Of a stretch of 64,000 bases of DNA, positions 1-12,790 are shown piece after piece (the first letter of the stretch is position 1; each line of letters starts with the position of its first letter). The notes beneath the pieces were generated by a model, which was not told the DNA's origin, searched no databases, and saw nothing but the letters and a program-made list of their open reading frames with translations. This stretch comes from the human T2T-CHM13v2.0 reference genome, Homo sapiens. The stretch lies in the NCBI RefSeq assembly GCF_009914755.1, contig NC_060939.1; one strand, written 5' to 3'. The position numbers and the translations under genes are program-made.

Positions 1-916
1 TGAAACAGCCTCGAACACATGGGACCTTCAGGCTGATGGGAGTAATGATGGGTCACACCTTTGAGGGTTGGGGGGGGCCTCAGGGGATGTGGAGGGAGAG
101 GTTAGTAGGGGTCAGTCCAAAGGGCCTTGAGTGCAATGCTATGGAGCTCCGCTGTGCTATTCCCAGTACACAGCATGTCTCTCCATTCTCGTTTTCCCAA
201 TGATTTTTCAAAAATACACATCTAATCTCAAGTAAAGAAATATTCTTAATAACATTTCTGAGCCAGAAGGGACCTTCTGACAAAAAGTGCCTCTATCACA
301 TTCTCTTCTGCCTTCCTTTTATAAGAAGAGTCATATATGATTTCTGGAGCATTCTTTTCCTGTCTTCCAAAGCAGAAAACTCTGTCCTTTCTTTGCTGTC
401 TTCCAAAGAGGATAGCACTGAAAGCTGTCATCCTAAGGCCCTTTGGCCCTTCATCTCTCTCAGGCCAACAGACAGATCCTCTGGAGTCCTCACCTGGCTC
501 TCATTTCTCGTGGGTGGCAGCATTATTGTTCTAAGACCTGTTAACATTGAAACAAGCTCAGAGTCAGTTATAGAACAGGGAATAACAATCCAGAGAGAGG
601 GTTTGTAACAAACAGTCAGAGGATTCAGGGCTATTCAAACTACATAGCATTCAAGAATGAGCTCCAGTTTTGGAGATAACTAATAATCTTACTAGAGATA
701 TGAACATCATCAGTGCAAATCCCATGAACTTTGCACCTGCTGTAAGAGCTAGGGAGAAACATTACTTCTTTTTCCACATAGAATTGACCCTGAACCCTGA
801 CTAGAAGTGAGTAGATACCAGGTTTAGGACTGTGAAACTGAGTCTAGATCCCTGTCTCATCTGCCAACTGCTCTGGTCTGCCTTGGCTCATGGCCTGGGA
901 AGCCGGATGCTTTAGA

Positions 917-1264
917 CCGGGGTTCCCAACCCCTACGCTGTGGACTGGTACCAGTCTGGTCCATGGCCTATTAGGAAGCAGGCCCCAGAGCAGGAGATGA
1001 GCTGCAAGTGAGCGAGCATTACCGCCTGAGCTCTGCCTCTTGTCAAATCAGCGGCAGCACTGGAGTCTTGTAGGAGCACGAGACCTGTTGTGAATTGTGC
1101 ATATGAAGGATCTAGGTTGAGCACTCCTTATGATAATCTAACTAATGCCTGATGATCTGAGGTGGAACAATTTCATCCCAAAGCCATTCCCTCCACTCTA
1201 CCATCTGTGGAAACATCATCTTCCATGAAACCAGTCCCTGGTGCCAAAAAGGTTGGGGACTGCT
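917..1264 (+). mobile_element. MER1-type (MER1B-like) hAT-Charlie DNA transposon
   Basis: Termini CCGGGGTTCCCAACC...GGTTGGGGACTGCT. Flanked by CTTTAGA on both sides (910-916, 1265-1271). Paralogous to 5129-5456. Confidence 0.9.
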
Positions 1265-1469
1265 CTTTAGATGGATGGGTAGGAATTCGGTGGCCAGGCA
1301 GAGACTGAACCTACATAGGATGGTCACAATGAACCTCGACTATTAATGTGTTACAGATTTACATAAAAGCTTGCCCACAGAAGCATCTAGGTCACAGAAA
1401 CACATTCTCTGGATCTCAAAAGGGATAGTCTCCATATTCCAGCAGGTAGAGAGGAGTGGAAGAGAATAA

Positions 1470-1825
1470 AGTGTTACTTAGAGTAAGAGTTGGGACTCTG
1501 AAGTCTGCATTATCTGGTTCAAATGATTCTATTATCATGGTTAATGCTCTGGAGCTGCCATATCAGGCCAACATCCAGGGAAAGGTCTAGGTTTATTTTA
1601 GTCCTCGAGGTAGCCCAACACTCACCAAAGAAAACAGTCAATTTTTGATTTCTTAAACAAGTTAATTCTTTGGGACTTTTATTGCCTTTGCCTCATTTTC
1701 CTCCTCTGTAAAGTAGAGGTTAAAAATACCTACTATGTTCTTGTGGAAATTGCCTGACGAAATGCATTAAAGTTTCTAACAGAGTTCCTGCCTTCTTAGT
1801 AGAAATGTACGAATAAATGTTGGTT
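1470..1825 (+). mobile_element. MIR fragments
   Basis: GACTCTGAAGTC..GGTTCAAAT and GCCTCATTTTCCTCCTCTGTAAAGT MIR-core-like motifs. Confidence 0.6.
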
Positions 1826-2499
1826 TACTTCTCTCCTTTAGTTTCTTGTGTCCCTGTGTAATTTACATGGAGTAGTCAGATAACTGTTTTGTTTTTTTTT
1901 AATATGGCAGTTGACCACCAATGTAAATCTGAGGAAAGAATTATGGGAAAGCATAATATAATATTTTGTGTACCTGTAAATAAGTGACATTTATTTGTGA
2001 GGTAATTGACTGAGGAACTGGCTTATGCTTTAATCTCTCCACAGTAATGACTTAAGTACTTTGTGCTCAGCAGAGGTTCCAAAAATTTTTATGTATTAGA
2101 TGATTTAGGAGATATTTTGAACTTTTACTCATTTAATTTTAAAATTGGGGGATATTTAATGTAAATAGGTTGCCAGAATTAGATGAGTTGGGTCACATCA
2201 GTGCACAGAAATTTATAGGGTCCACCACCAATTTCTAGTGTGGTGTTGGTGTTCTGCTCTGCAAAACATTCTAAGACATTCCCACTTACTGCAAGGAGTG
2301 GGGGTAAAAACGTGTGTAAGAGAGATTAAAGAGACCAATCATTTTTGGCAAAATGTTCATATTTAGAAAGTTATGAAAACTTAAGAAGTTGGTCAGGATC
2401 ACCACATTGATGAAAACTGCACATTATCAGGAGTTATTGAAGTAGCACACTGCATTTTTAAGATTAATTGGAGCAAAGAGGAAAGACAAGCACCCAGGA

Positions 2500-3500
2500 G
2501 ATAAGTAGTACGGTTCTGGGTTTGGTGGATTCAGTTTGTGGACTGGGAGGAGATGAGGGGTCTCCAATCTTTCTGATATATTTAGAGAGAAGCAAAATCC
2601 CAACCCCAGCTCTAAGTAACACTCTATCCCCGTCCTCTCCTCTTCTACCTCCCAGAATATGGAGACTATGAATCACCTTCAAAGTGTTTGAAGGTGATTC
2701 CAGAATTTTGAAACAAACAAACAAAATAAACAGAACATTTATAGCAAAGGAGATTTTCATAAAGGATGCTTTGGGGAAGGAAACGGTGGGGAAGCATAAA
2801 GTAAGTTCGTTGTTCATGCTTTAGACCTGTTGAGTCTGAGGTGGTAGTAAGTGTAACAAGCATATATTTCAAGTCCTGGTGAGTAATTTGTGTTTTCAGC
2901 CAGAAATATGGGATAAGGACACAGTAAGAAGATAAGGCAGGAAGATGGATAAGACGTGTCAGTTAAAACCGTAAAAAGAATGATGTCTTCCAGAGGAATT
3001 AAAGAGAGGACACATTATAAAAGCCTGAGAACTTGGGAACACCCACCTTTAGGACAGAGGACAAAATGTATAGTAGCAAATAGAATGGCGAGGTCTTATT
3101 CACAAAGGTAAAAGGAGCAAGAGAGCCTTCTGTCATATCAGAGAAGTCAAGATAAAGAGAAAGTGAAGAAGGCAGGTGGCCAGCTGTGATACACCGCAGA
3201 ATAGTGAGGAGGCCTGGAGGCCAAGAAAAGACACATTTGCACCCGGCTATTTCCTTTCAGTGCCAAGATTCTTTAATGCCATTGTGACTTTCAAAAAGGC
3301 AGTTCAGTTGACAGGTGACATCGACACCAAAGAAATATCAGGAGGATAGGTTAAAAGGAAATAGAAGCATAGTTGTAGAACATTCATCTGGAAGTTTCGC
3401 TGTTAAGAGAAGGTGACAGGTAAAAATAGTGAGTAGGGTCATTTAAAAATCATTTCAGGATGAGAAAAAATACCTTATTTGAAAGCAATTCAGTTGAGGG
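2500..3500 (-). mobile_element. Degraded L2 LINE
   Basis: Purine-rich L2-like text (TTTAGACCTGTTGAGTCTGAGG; GAAGTTTCGCTGT). Boundaries approximate. Confidence 0.5.
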
Positions 3501-3905
3501 GAAAAATCTGGAGAGATTAAAATAGAAAGATGTAGTAAAAAAAACACAAAAACAAAAATCCCTCAGGAGGCAGAGAGAAGACTTGGCACAACTGGGAAAC
3601 TGGCCCCCTCTCTGAGGTCAGTGACCAGAAGAGGTAAGTGGGTGTAAATGACAATCATGTCATCTTATCTTTGAAAATACTCCCTAGCTTACAAGACTAT
3701 AAATGCAGTTTTTTATCTAAATATTTTTTTTCCTTAGGTCATTAAACCTTCACAGTCACTGTGTAAGAAAGGCATTATTACATTAATCTTACATTGTATA
3801 ATTGAGGTCTCAGAGCAGGTTAGGAAATAATTCAAGATTCCATAAACAGGGAGTAGCTGAGTTAGGACAAGATCCCAGACCTCTTAAGCCTAAAACAAGG
3901 CATGG

Positions 3906-4189
3906 CGCTTTGGGAAGCTGAGGTGGGTAGATCACCTGAGGTCAGGAGTTCGAGACCAGCATGACCAACATGATGAAACTCCATCTCTACTATAAAATAC
4001 AAAAAAAATTAGCCAGGCGTGGTGGTCAGGTGGCTGTAATCCCAGCTACTCAGGAGGCTGAGGCAGCAGAATTGCTTGATCTCAGAAGGCGGAGGTTGCA
4101 GTGACCCAAGATAGTGCGATTGTACTCTAGCCTGGGATACAAGAACAAAACTCCATCTGGAAAAAAAAAAAAAAAAAACCACCAAACTT
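3906..4189 (+). mobile_element. AluS, 5'-truncated
   Basis: Starts at CGCTTTGGG, has both arms and a poly-A tail. TSD AAGGCATGG at 3897-3905 and 4190-4198. Confidence 0.95.
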
Positions 4190-4308
4190 AAGGCATGGGC
4201 CAAGCCTTCTAAATGCTCATCACATTTGTCTACACCAATGTTAGAATATGACCAAAGAAGATGACAGCGATGTTGTGGGTTGTGGCCTCAAGCTATTAAA
4301 TAAGGCAA

Positions 4309-4329
4309 GTGTGTGTGTGTCTCTGAGAG

Positions 4330-4367
<38 letters not shown>

Positions 4368-4556
4368 GAGAGAGAGAGAGAAAGAGACAGGCATACACAC
4401 ACACACACACACACACAGACACACAGAGGAGAGAGAGAAAGAGACAGACACACACACACACAGAGGAGAGAGAGAGAGAAAAAGAGACAGGCATACACAC
4501 ACACACACACACACACAGACACACACACACACACAGAAAGAGACAGGAGAGAGAGT
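4309..4556. repeat. Compound (GT)n/(CA)n/(GA)n microsatellite with ~55-60 bp higher-order unit
   Basis: Repeated blocks of GAGGAGAGAGAGAAAAGAGACAG(GCAT)ACACAC... Confidence 0.95.
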
Positions 4557-4566
4557 GCTGGGAGAG

Positions 4567-5474
4567 GGTATGGGTTGAATTGTGGTCCTCCAAAAGATAC
4601 ATTGAAGCCCTGATTCCCACTCTCAATGAATGTGTGTTTATTTGCAAACAGGGTCTTTGCAGACGTAATTAAGATGTTACTCAAAATCTTAGTTAAGATG
4701 AGGTCATACTGGAATAAAAGTAGGCCCTTGATCTAATATAACTGACATCCTTAGAAGAGAAGAGACAGAGACAAACACATAGAAAGAAGACAGTCATGTG
4801 ACGATGGAGGCAGAGATTAGAGTGATGGATCTGTAAGCAAAGCAATGCTAAGGATTGCCAGTAAACATCAAAGAGGCAAGGAAGGATTCTATCCTACAGT
4901 TTCTAGAAGGAGCATGGCCCTGCTACCACCTCAAGCTATTAAATAAGGCAAGTTTGTGTGTGCGTGTGTGTGTATGTGACACACACACACACACATGCGC
5001 GTGAGAGAGAGTGTTGGGAGATGGTATGGGTTGCCTTCTGGCCTCCAGAGCTATAAGATAACACATTTAACACATTTCTGTTGTTTTAAGCCACCTAATT
5101 TGTGATATTTGTTACGGCAGCTCTAGAGCAGAACTGTTCTGTGGCCTGTTAGGAACCAGGCCACACAACAGGAGGTGAGCAGTGGGCCAGTGAGCATGAC
5201 CAGCTGAACTCCACCTCCTGTCAGATAAGCGGCAGCATTAGATTCTCATAGGAGTGCAAACCCTATTGTGAACTGCACATGCAAGGAATCCAGGTTGCAT
5301 GCTCCTGAGGAGAATCTAATGCCTAATGCCTAATGATCTGAGGTGGAACAGTTTCATTCAGAAACCACTCCCCCAAACCCCAACTGTGGTCCCTGGAAAA
5401 TTGTCAAATTGTTTTCCACAAAGCAGGTCCTGATGCCAAAAGGTTGGGGACTGCTGCTCTAGAGAACTAATATG
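4567..5474 (+). mobile_element. MLT1 (MLT1B-like) MaLR solo LTR, interrupted by a templated insert (4929-5033) and MER1 (5129-5456)
   Basis: Begins TATGGGTTGAATTGTG; contains GGGTCTTTGCAGACGTAATTAAG and GGAGGCAGAGATTAGAGTGATG; ends TTGTTACGGCAGC...AACTAATA. Confidence 0.9.
5129..5456 (+). mobile_element. MER1-type DNA transposon nested in the MLT1 LTR
   Basis: Perfect 8-bp TSD CTCTAGAG (5121-5128, 5457-5464). 3' TIR GGTTGGGGACTGCTG; 5' TIR mostly deleted. Confidence 0.92.
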
Positions 5475-5619
5475 GGAGCATATCACCTAGATGGATTTGG
5501 TGAAAACTTGTCCAGGAAAGAGAAGGTGTGAATGACCAAAGTGGATGGTGATAGTGGGAGTTGACAAAGGGGAAAATGCATTTCTGGAATAAATACTTGC
5601 AGGCCAGTAGTACAACATC

Positions 5620-5845
5620 GTGGCTCAGCATAGTAATTTTGGAACCAGACACCAATGGGTTCAAATTGTTATTCTGCCTCTTTTAGGCTGGGAGACACTG
5701 ATAATGTTATTTAACATTTCTAAGGCTTTGTTTACTTATTTGCAAAATGGATATAATAATTCCTACTCCATGGTATTATGATGAGGATTAAATGGCATGA
5801 AACATGTAAAGTGCTTGCCACAGTGCCTTTTAGTGCTCAATAAAG
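5620..5845 (+). mobile_element. MIR
   Basis: GGGTTCAAAT, ATTTGCAAAATGG..ATAAT, GAGGATTAAATG, GTAAAGTGCTT, GTGCTCAATAAA. Confidence 0.8.
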
Positions 5846-6246
5846 TGAGGTGAGTTCCTAGTAGTTATAATAGTTACAGTTGTTGTTTATGCCTTTACCA
5901 TTATATGCCTTTTTCTAACAGCATTTTTGTCTGGAAGTCTTTCCAGACAAAATATTTCCAAAGTATAGCCAGCATTTTTGTCCACAGGGAGCAGAAAAAG
6001 AAAGTGATGGGGGCAAAAATCTAACACTGAAGGGTATTTGTTTGTATGAAAAGGGCACCATGATGCTGAGGTCGGTAGTGATACTAATAGTAGTGGCAGT
6101 AGTACTAGTAGTAGGTTGGTAGTAGTACTAATAGTAGGAGCAGTAATAGAAGGAGGTACACAAAGATAAGGAGAAAAAGGGACAGTGGTTCTATTAAGTG
6201 ATTACTATGTTCCAGATACTTCTCACATGCTTTGCATATATTAATA

Positions 6247-8224
6247 AGAAAACCCCATTGTCTCAGCCCAAAACCTCCTTAAGCTAATGAGCAACTTCAG
6301 CAAAGTCTCAGGATACAAAATTAATGTGCAAAAATCACAAGCATTCCTATATACCAATAATAGAAAAATGGAGAGTGAGTTCACTCAAATGAGTGAACTC
6401 CCATTCACAGTTGCTACAAAGAGAATAAAATACCTAGGAATACAACTTACAAGGGATGTGAAGGACCTCTTCAAGGAGAACTACAAACCACTGCTCAAGG
6501 AAATAAGAGAGGACACAAACACATGGAAAAACATTCCATGCTCATGGAGAGGCAGAATCTACATTATGAAAATGGCTATACTGCCCAAAGTAATTTATAG
6601 ATTCAATGCTATCCCCATCAACTACCATTAACTTTCTTCACAGAATTAGAAACAACTACTTTAAATTTCATATGGAATCAAAAAAGAGCCCATATAGCCA
6701 AGACAATCCTAAGCAAAAAGAACAAAGCTAGAGGCATCACGCTACCTGACTTCAAACTATACTACAAGGCTACGGTAACCAAAACAGCATGGTACTGGTA
6801 CCAAAACAGATATATAGACCAATGGAACAGAACAGAGGCCTCAGAAATAATGTCACGTATCTACAACCATCTGATCTTTGACAAACCTGACAAAAACAAG
6901 CAATGGGGAAAGGATTCCTTATTTAATAAATGGTGTTGGGAAAACTGGCTAGCCATATGCAGAAAACTGAAACTGAACCCCTTCCTTACACCTTATACAA
7001 AAATTAACTCAAGATGGATATAAGACTTAAACATAAGACTTAAAACTATAAAGCTTCTGGAAGAAAACCTAGGTAATACCATTCAGGACATAGGCATGGG
7101 CAAAGACTTCATGACTAAAACACCAAAAGCAATGGCAACAAAAGCCAAAATTGACAAATGGGAACCAATTAAACTAAAGAGCTTCTGCACAGCAAAAGAA
7201 ACTATCACCAGAGTGAACAGGCAACCTACAGAATGGGAGAAAATTTTTTCAATCTGTCCATCTGACAAAGGGCTAATACCCAGAATATACAAGGAACTTA
7301 AACAAATTTACATGAGAAACAATCCCATCAAAAAGGAACTTAAACAAATTTACATGAAAAAACAACCCCATCCAAAAGTGGGAGAAGGATATGAACAAAC
7401 ACTTCTCAAAGGAAGACATTTTTGCGGCCAAGAAACATATGAAAAAAAGCTCATCACCATGTGGACATTAGAGAAATGTAAATCAAAACCACAGTGAAAT
7501 ACCATCTCATGCCAGTTAGAATGGCGATCATTAAAAAGTCAGGAAACAACAGAAACTGGAGAGGATGTGGAGAAATAGGAACACTTTTACACTGTGGTGG
7601 GAGTGTAAATTCGTTCAACCATTGTGGAAGACAGTGTGACAATTCCTCAAGGATCTAGAATCAGAAATACCATTTGACCCAGCAATCCTATTACTGGGTA
7701 GATACCCAAAGGATTATAAATCATTCTACTTTAAAGACACATGCACACGTATATTTATTGCAGCACTATTCACAATAGCAAGGACTTGGAACCAACCAAA
7801 ATGCCCATTAATGATAGACTGGATAAAGAAAATGTGGCACATGTACACCGTGGAATACTACGGAGCCAAAAAAAGAATGAGTTCATGTCCTTTGCAGGGA
7901 CATGGATGAAGCTTGAAATCTTCGTTCTCAGCAAACTAATGGGAACAGAAAACTAAACACCACGTTTTCTCACTCATAAGGGAGTTGAACAAAGAGAACA
8001 CATGGACACAGGGAGGGGAACATCACACACTGAGGCCTGTCAGGAGATTGGGGGGTTGGGGGAGGGGATAGCATTAGGAGAAATACCTAATATAGATGAC
8101 GGGTTGATGAGTGCAGCAAACCACCATGGCACGTGTATACCTATGTAACAAACATGCATGTTCTGCACATGTATTCCAGAACTTAAAGTATAATAATAAA
8201 TAAAATAAACATAACAACAAAAAA
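6247..8224 (+). mobile_element. 5'-truncated L1PA (L1PA7/8-like): 3' part of ORF2 plus 3'UTR, non-functional
   Basis: ORFs 6287-6631 ([21 protein letters not shown]) and 7096-7497 ([22 protein letters not shown]) are L1 ORF2p pieces separated by frameshifts. G-rich 3'UTR and A-rich tail. Confidence 0.97.
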
Positions 8225-8559
8225 GCATGTTAAATATCTTAGGGAGAATAACATTGAATTTGAAATCTAAGGCTAAGAATACATTTATTCGATATGAAGA
8301 ACAACATTTTGGTCTTCGTGAAAAAACTGAAAGTAATTCCAGATAACAGAGAGGGAATGGAATACAAGACCAAGTTTTAAAAAAGATAATAGATAAAAAA
8401 TATAATTGTTGAAAATAAAGCATTCATGATGACTCATTTGTGTAACAGAACGGTATATTATGCTGATGAATTTTTGCCTTTTTATATAATGGCCATAGAT
8501 GTCAATGGATAGTGTAAACATGCCAATAATGTCATCAGCATAAATGATAATAGTAATAG

Positions 8560-8655
8560 TTGTCATTTATTGAGCATTTACTGTTTTCCTGTGGTAGTAC
8601 TGATGGTATTATGAGTCTTATTTTGTATAATTCTTAAATCAATCCTCTGAGGTAG
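8560..8655 (-). mobile_element. MIR, left half (split by the ERV-L provirus)
   Basis: CATTTATTGAGCATTTACTG...AATCCTCTGAGGTAG; the MIR sequence resumes at 21908. Confidence 0.75.
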
Positions 8656-9277
8656 TGTTTCACACACCTTTAAGGTGCTGCTTCAGATTTGCTCAGCTTC
8701 ACTTATCTCTGGAACCCCTGGCTACTTGTTCCATCCCAGTTGCCTCTGCAGTAACTAACTAGGCATGGGATTTAACCAATATCGCATGGGCACAACCCAA
8801 CCCACCTTACCTCATACCTGTGCTGGTCACCTTTCGGCTCCTGTCTCAGAGTTTTCTGACACTTCCTGAGAGATACAGTGCCACAGTACCTGTTCAGTGT
8901 CCATGTGTGTACAGTACCTGTTCAGTGTCCATGTGTGCACAGCCCTGAAGTACAGGGATTTATTGCCATTTGGGATGAACTTGTGACCAATAAAAAATGG
9001 AAGTTCGTGAGTATATTTGCCTCCTTTTTTGCCCCTGGACTAATTTTCCTGTGATGCAATAGCTTCATGAGACTTCTCAGTGGAGAATCTCCTAAGTTAG
9101 AGCAATGGGTTGTTCTTGATCACACATGATAGCCACCACAATGACATACCTCTATTATCCCCTGTTCTTCTCAGTTTCATTAACCCCTTCTCAAATTCCT
9201 GCTTCTCTGATATTTCTCTTCCAAATAAATTAGTATAGCACCAGCATTTGCCTTTTTTAAGAACCCAGGCTAAGACA
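8656..9277 (+). mobile_element. 5' LTR (LTR16-like)
   Basis: TG...CA termini, AATAAA near 9224, end shared with the 3' LTR. Internal 28-bp tandem duplication at 8883-8942. Confidence 0.85.
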
Positions 9278-9461
9278 ATGGCACCAGAACTAGGCTGTTT
9301 TATAATGTCTGTTCTGCAGTGGCATCACCATCTCTGTGACCTTCACCTGTGCATAATTGGGATGAGGTGAAGGTGGAACGCAGAGCATGGGATATGCAGT
9401 GGTTGTGGTGATGAAAGAAAATGGGCACAATGACAAGTATAGGAATTGTGGAGTTGGGTGG

Positions 9462-9898
9462 TGTTCTGTGGTTAGCAGGTCTATGCGAACCTACCCCTAA
9501 AAGTCCAAGGAAGCTGAGAAGCCAAAGAAAGAGGCTGACATATGCAGTTTTTCAGGAAAGAAGGAGGTAAACATCTAACAGGGACTTACAACAGAAGCCA
9601 TGTCTGTGTCTTGGGTGGTGGCAAGACAAGATAGTGGATTCCCACACCATTACCCCTCAGACCTAGCTAAACTGTAGGGAAAGAGATGTGGAGGATAAAT
9701 ACTGAAGAGCAGGATTTACAGTAAGTATAATAACATCAGAGTTGTTTTGACCTAAGGGCAGGATTTATGGTAAGTACATGCTCTTACACAAGGAAGAGTA
9801 GATGATATAGAAATCTTAGAGGCGTTCCTAATATTGGGGTTAAACAGAAGTCAACATGGCACATGAGCAGCCAAGATGGAGTTGCTTTAGTCTCAATA
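9462..9898 (-). mobile_element. Solo LTR (LTR47-like) nested in the ERV-L leader
   Basis: GCAGGTCTATGCGAACCTACCCC..GAAAGAGGCTGAC..CAAGATGGAGTTGCTTTAG. 5-bp TSD GGTGG/GATGG. Confidence 0.7.
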
Positions 9899-11642
9899 GA
9901 TGGCTTTTGTTAACAATGCTAGTAGCCTTGACAATAGAAAATGATAGGCTCAGGTCAACTGCTAGCTTAAGTCATGTAATGAAACCTGGAGTCACCTTAT
10001 AAAAGCTTTTAGTAATACCCTTATCTTCTGTAACTATAAGGCATACAGTACTGAAAATCAGGCACAGACTCTATTGTAATGGAGCTGCTAATGGAACCTA
10101 AATACTCACCTTTAAAAATTAAGGCCTTGAGAGAAAGGGTGGGACATACGACCTGAGATATGGACATTGGACGAATATGTCTGAGAATCTTTAATCCCCA
10201 AATTCTCTTGAGTTCCTCAGGCCAGTAGAAGTAACCCCCTCTCAATTTCTGCAGGACAACAGTCTGTCAGTGCCTTGAAATTTGCAATATCTCACCTGAA
10301 GAAGGAGCCTTGCAAAATAATGCTTATACACTTCAAGAGTCTTTCTCGTATCCTTCATTGCCTCCAGGCCAATAATCAGGGTTAGGTCTTAGCACAGACC
10401 AATCAGGAAAATACAGCCTTGCTCTAGGAAATATAGACTACATGCAATAATAAACTAAAATAAATTGCAAGATCTTGCTAATGTGTTTGAGTGAGAAACA
10501 GGAGAAATCTATATGAGAATGTATCCTAAGTAGGTAAGATTGGGATAGCGAGAAGCAAATATAAGACTGGACAGGGTAGAATTTATTAACATAGGAGAAA
10601 TCACCTGAGAATCTGGGTTTAATGTTTTATCAAAGACCCTAAAGCAAATTTGGAAAGTCTGCTGGATCCACCATAACAACAGGCTAAAGGAGAAAAATCA
10701 TACTCATAGAATTATTGTGGAAAAATTAACAAAATTCAGTACCCTTTCATTAAAACCTTTCATCTCAGAAAATTAGAAATGGAGGAGAATTACCTCAACA
10801 ATAAAAGGCATCTACAAAAAAAGCATATGAATAATATTGTATTTAGTTATCAAAGGCTAAATGTTTTCCCCTGATGATTGGGAACAAGGCAAGGATGTCC
10901 ACTCTCACCATTACTATTCAACACAAGCCTGGAAGCTCTAGCAAGAACAAGAAAAAAACAAATAAAAGAAATAAAAGGCACATATTAGAAAGGAAGAAAT
11001 CAAATCCTCCCTATTTGCACATAAGATTGTCTATGTAAAACATTCCATGGAATCTATCCTACCCAATACCCCCCAAAAACTTGAGAACTAAGAAATGAGG
11101 TTATTAAGATTGTAGAATCTAAGATCAATACACAAAAACCAATCATTTTTCTATACTAAAAATGAACATACTGAAACTAAAATTTAAAATATAATACCAT
11201 TTATAATTGCTTCAAAGAAAATACAGCACCCACATATACCCTTAACAAAACATGTACAAGAATGGTATGATTACAATTATAAAATGCTGAAGACAGAAAT
11301 TGAAAATCTAAGTAAGCAGAGAGACATACTATGTTCATGGATTGGAAAACTCTATATAGTAAAGATGATATTTATCTCCAAATTGATCTATAGGCTTAAT
11401 AAAATTCCTATCAAAATCCCAGGAAGTTTTTTTTTTCATGAACACAGCTTATTCTAAAATTTATATGAAAAGATACATATCCTAGAGTAGCTAAAACAAT
11501 TTTGACCAAAAAATATAGTGAGATGAATCACTCTACCTGACACTTGAGCTTAATTTATAGCTATAGTAATCAAGGCAGCATGATATTGGCAGGGGAATAG
11601 ACACATATAGATCAATAGAACAGAAAAGAGAATTCAGAACTA

Positions 11643-11997
<355 letters not shown>

Positions 11998-12251
11998 TCA
12001 AAAGTTGCAAAAGCAGTTGAAGGGAGGAAATCATTTTAACAAATGGTGTAGAAGCAATTGGACATCCATAGGAAAGAAAATGCACCTTGACCTACAACTC
12101 ACACCTTATTCAATAATTGGCTGAGTCTTTAGTCTTGATACCAAAAGCATGATCCATAAAAGGAGAAATTGATAAACTGGGTTTCATCAATATTAAACAC
12201 TTTCTTTTTTGTAAAAGACTCAAAAAGGAGTTGAAAAGACAAGGTAGAAAC

Positions 12252-12290
<39 letters not shown>

Positions 12291-12497
12291 TTGCAAGCCA
12301 GATATCTGGGAAAGAACTTTTATCAATAATATACTAAATAAAAACTCTTACAACTCAACAGTAAAAGTTCAAACTGTCCACTTAGAAAATGGACAAAATA
12401 CCCAAAAAAGAGACATTTTAGCAAAGGAAGTATACAGATGGCAAAGAGCACATGAAAAATATGTTCAGCATTATTAACCATCAGGAAAATAAAAAAA

Positions 12498-12617
12498 GGA
12501 AGGAAGGAAAGAAAGGAAGGGAAGGGAAAGAGGGAGGGAGGAAGGAAGGAAGAGAGGGAGGGAGGGAGGGAGAAAGCGAGAGAGGGAGGGAGGGAGGTAG
12601 GGAAAGAAAGAAAGAAA
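12498..12617. repeat. (GGAA/GGGA)n polypurine tract
   Basis: About 120 bp of almost pure purines. Confidence 0.9.
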
Positions 12618-12734
12618 AACAAACCAATAATGGGATACCTATCAGAATGGCTACTTTTTTTTTAAGTGATAGCACTAAATATTGATGAGAATGTAGAGAA
12701 CCTGGATCACTCATTCATTCCTGGTAGAAATGTG

Positions 12735-12752
12735 ACAGATGATAGATGGATG

Positions 12753-12790
<38 letters not shown>

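Noticed and set aside
4241-4684. Overlapping 78-147 aa ORFs rich in CV/HT/ER dipeptides
   Set aside because: Translations of the compound microsatellite.
6287-7956. L1 ORF2-like ORFs as a functional gene
   Set aside because: 5'-truncated and frameshifted L1 copy.
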